DNA of 64,000 bases from Selaginella moellendorffii (Eukaryota > Plantae > Lycopodiophyta): the NCBI RefSeq assembly GCF_000143415.4, contig NW_003314266.1:2396379-2460378 (forward strand), in the 5' to 3' direction. The notes under the pieces are model-generated. The model was given only the letters and a program-made list of their open reading frames with translations. It was not told the DNA's origin and did no database searches. Positions 60,586 through 64,000 of this stretch are shown one piece after another (position 1 is the stretch's first letter; every line of letters begins with the position of its first letter). The position numbers and the translations under genes were made by a program.

Positions 60586-61533
60586 TTAAAGATTTTTGTA
60601 AATTTTGTTTGTCCATATCACTCTCTTATAATTATGAAAATGAGAACTTATAACAAGTTCTCCAGTATCTTCCAGCTTTAAAATAATAAGTTTTATGCAA
60701 TTTAAGCAATCAACTGTAGTTTCCCAAAAACTAAATCCTTTATTATCCTTAATAATTAGCTTTCCATCAGTTTCAAGATGAAGCATACAAAATATATCAG
60801 TTTTTTCAGTGTTTGTAGACCATATACTTTGTTTATTAATAATATCTTCAATTATTAAATTACAATTACCTAGAGTTACTCTATATTTATTATTATCTGA
60901 AATTAAAGAATTCCCAGATATGATATACGAGCCAGATAGTTTTAATGGACCATTTATTAATGTTGATCTATATGGCCAACAATATGATTTATCAGAATCA
61001 ATAATATTATTTAAAATATTTGGTGGGGGATTTGTATCGTCAGGCAAACCTTTTGGATATCTTAAATCAGGAAATGGTTCATTAGGGTTTCTTTTAGGAC
61101 TTCCAAGTGCTATAAAATCTATTGAAAAATATCTATATACTGTAATAATCATTCCTGCACCATACAGACGTGCATGATATTCTACAAGCCGTAGCATTTG
61201 TAAAAATGTATCTCTTAAATATTGTCCAGAAATTGAATAATTAGGTGGAAGAGATGGACAATTAAAATTTCTTATACCTGTAGGAAATATATTAATTCTT
61301 ATTATAACTTGTTGATAACCAGCAGCAATAGTATCATAAATATAATATCCATTTGGATTCAATGTAATCAAACTATTAGGATCAATACTTTCAATTAAAC
61401 GTCTCAAATTATTTACTATAATAGCTATATGACGTGTGCCAAAATGAGCAATACCACCAAGGCATCTAGTCTGTGGTGGTTGTGCAAAGCAAAATACAAT
61501 AAAAAATGCAAATGTTATTAGTCTATAAGCCAT
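60586..61533 (-). CDS. Secreted protein: signal peptide + unknown N-terminal domain + bulb-type lectin domain (paralog of 19816-20742)
   Basis: CFA|QPPQTR.LG, LRLVEYHAR, YPKGLPDD.NPPPN, GNSLIS.NNKY..CNL..IWST..LHLETDGKLII. Confidence 0.75.
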   Translation of the reverse strand: MAYRLITFAFFIVFCFAQPPQTRCLGGIAHFGTRHIAIIVNNLRRLIESIDPNSLITLNPNGYYIYDTIAAGYQQVIIRINIFPTGIRNFNCPSLPPNYSISGQYLRDTFLQMLRLVEYHARLYGAGMIITVYRYFSIDFIALGSPKRNPNEPFPDLRYPKGLPDDTNPPPNILNNIIDSDKSYCWPYRSTLINGPLKLSGSYIISGNSLISDNNKYRVTLGNCNLIIEDIINKQSIWSTNTEKTDIFCMLHLETDGKLIIKDNKGFSFWETTVDCLNCIKLIILKLEDTGELVISSHFHNYKRVIWTNKIYKNL

Positions 61534-62232
61534 ATTTAATTATAAGAAGATGATCAATAAAATTAAATAGATGACTATCTTAGAAAGTACCACACAAACT
61601 TACAAAGATGGAAAAGGAACGACAATATCAAGATTTCAAGTAATCTTTATAATTCAAGCCTAGGTTTAGGATTTAAAGTTTAAATGTTTAACTTAAGTAA
61701 TTAATAACTCAACTTCTATTTATGGGAATAGGTATATTAAATGTGGTTTAAACCTTTATTTATATACAAGAATGGACCATATGTTATACTACTATAATTA
61801 GCATATTATCTAGGTAAGGTATATATGCATATATTTATGTGTGTTTATACACCTTACACCATCCTCCTCTCTAGAAAATGATAAGAATTAGTCAAAAATA
61901 ACATTTAAAGCTTTTGTTGGGTGATTATAAACTACCATAAAATCTTGAAACTCTTATTGAACCACTAACATAACCATGATAGAAATAAAACCTAAAGTCA
62001 TATAATAAACATCAATTAACTATAAAATCTTATAGCACATATAGTTTTTACCCTTTACTCTATAGTGAGTTACTATAAGATAATTATAGACTAGAAATTG
62101 AATTTCAAGGCTTTGGGCCACTAAATGAAGAGGCGAAGTTAAACTCCCCAGTATATAGTTAATGAGTGAAGGAAGTGAAGCATAATATAACTTTTTAGTG
62201 TACAATATAAGGAGCAAAGGGATAGGAGCATG

Positions 62233-62331
62233 TTACTCTATGCTCTTATCCTTTTGTTTCTTGGGCTGTATACTACAAAGTAATTCTTAAGTATACAGCC
62301 CAAGGAGCAAAGGGATAAGAGCATAAAGTAA
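62233..62331. repeat. Near-perfect inverted repeat (~42-bp arms, 15-nt loop)
   Basis: ttactctatgctcttatccttttgtttcttgggctgtatact / agtatacagcccaaggagcaaagggataagagcataaagtaa. Confidence 0.8.
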
Positions 62332-64000
62332 TAGTTGAATACTCTAACATCCCAATGCTATAAACAATAGGCAAAATAAAGCCAAACAAAGTTTAGCACA
62401 ATTTTAGCATACTGGTACCCTAATGCAAAAATATAAGTACTCCACTAGATATACTTTGGGTTACAGGTGATATATAAAAAGAAGCCAAAGGCCTTAACTG
62501 GAAACATACCAAATCTGTCAGTAAGGTTAAAATAGACTACTATAAATAAGTAGTTAGAGTTGTTTATATAATCACGCCCTTTTAATAAAATTAAGAACAT
62601 TAAGAGGGAGGTAGATTATATGACTAGTTGATAGTAGCTATTCTATGACTAGAGATTTCACCATATAGATAAAGTGCTAAAGCTAATTTGCAGATAATGT
62701 CAAAGTCATAGATAAAGATATTTTAAAGACTAATTTATCAATGAACAAATCTTAGATTAGAACATATGAGCATTCCAACTATATTATCATCTAATAAACT
62801 AGTATAGTAGAGAAACCACCAAGATCAACATAATTGGAAGACATAAGATTAACTATCCAACAAAATTTAATAACAAGTATACTATCAAGAACACTCAATA
62901 ATAAAAATTAATTACTAAAGCTTGTAGATAACATGCTAAAAACTTATGAGAAATAGCTCAAAGAACACAAAATATCATCAGCTGGCAAGCAAAATGGTCA
63001 TGAATAAATCACCTAAATAAAATAACATTCAAATCTAACAAAACTAACCTCCACATAATAAAATGAATGTCGCAAGGGTACTCATTCATACAAACTATTG
63101 CACTAGCTAGTTAGAGTAAATCCTTGTCATTAATACAGATGAATTAGAGTTGCTTAAAAAAGTATCAGCAACATACTATTAATATCTTAAACCCAGAAGA
63201 CTAGTTCAAAATAAACTAAAATAAACATATGGTAATGTGGAAAGCTAAAAACTAACAACAATTAACTATTATAAAAGATCATCATTCTATCAATAGAGAA
63301 ACATATAATTATCATTGAAAAAATAATCCACCATCCCAAAAAATGGCAAATCATTCAACATTAACAATAATTAAGCAAAACCTTTGACAAGTATAATCAA
63401 CTATCTTAGCTGATAGTCAACCATCACCAATGATCACTAAAAATACCAACTTCAACATTGAAACTAATGAACCAAAATGTTTTCCTCGACAACTTTTAAT
63501 ATATTGAACAATAAGCATAAGAATTCAAAGAACCAAAAACTTGAAGAAACATATAGTCAAGTCTCACCTAATAATGATCATGAATTTTATATGAACCAAC
63601 TTCAATGTCGAAGAAGAAATCATAGTACAACTCACAATATCTTTTTTAACATCCATAAGTTAAACTTTATAATGTAAAAACTAATGAACAACATGTCTGT
63701 AGCAATCCAAAAGCTAAGTACAACAAATCTAAGCTCTATAAGTAATCATCAAATTATCCTTTATGAATTCATCTTTTATAGCAAGAAGTAACTCATTTTA
63801 TAATAAGTATAAAAAGAATTATTAATGATTAATATAATCCTAACTTAAATCCAATAAGGATCTAACAATTCTAATTGATCACTAACTCTTCCTTTTACAA
63901 AGCTAATATAATCTATAATGAAATCACTTTTCCAGTAAAAGTTACAGTTTAACCTCTATTGGACAATCTCATCTTGAAACACACAAAACTCACTTGCTGC

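Overview
Eukaryotic land-plant genomic DNA. Very short GT-AG introns (about 45-70 nt), dense gene islands, many PLS-class PPR genes and TTTAGGG repeats suggest a Selaginella-like lycophyte (inference). Two GC-rich gene islands are present. The first (about 5.9-19.5 kb) holds a PPR, PARP2, plastid RRF, a SET protein, a DUF1442-ACT fusion, an F-box/kelch gene and a membrane protein. The second (about 49-60 kb) holds an OSB-motif-PPR, TIM22, anthranilate phosphoribosyltransferase, a GCK protein, a PPR pseudogene, BRX1, NDUFS4 and thioredoxin m. They are separated by AT-rich, degraded Ty3/gypsy and Penelope-like retroelement debris. The main find is a ~13.3 kb TIR-bounded DNA transposon (33411-46700) with a Sola-like transposase on the minus strand. 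Divergently, it carries an 11-exon ~1630-aa cargo gene combining a ParB/Srx-like domain, a degenerate beta-class DNA amino-methyltransferase-like domain and an FCP1/HAD phosphatase domain. About 25 copies of a 22-bp imperfect palindrome (ATGGCRTGnGGCCnCAYGCCAT) are scattered through this element and were not seen elsewhere in the window, a parS-like arrangement. Also notable are three copies of an AT-rich secreted 'unknown domain + bulb-type lectin' gene and a 78-bp 25S rRNA fragment. All family assignments come from motif recognition by eye, not database searches.
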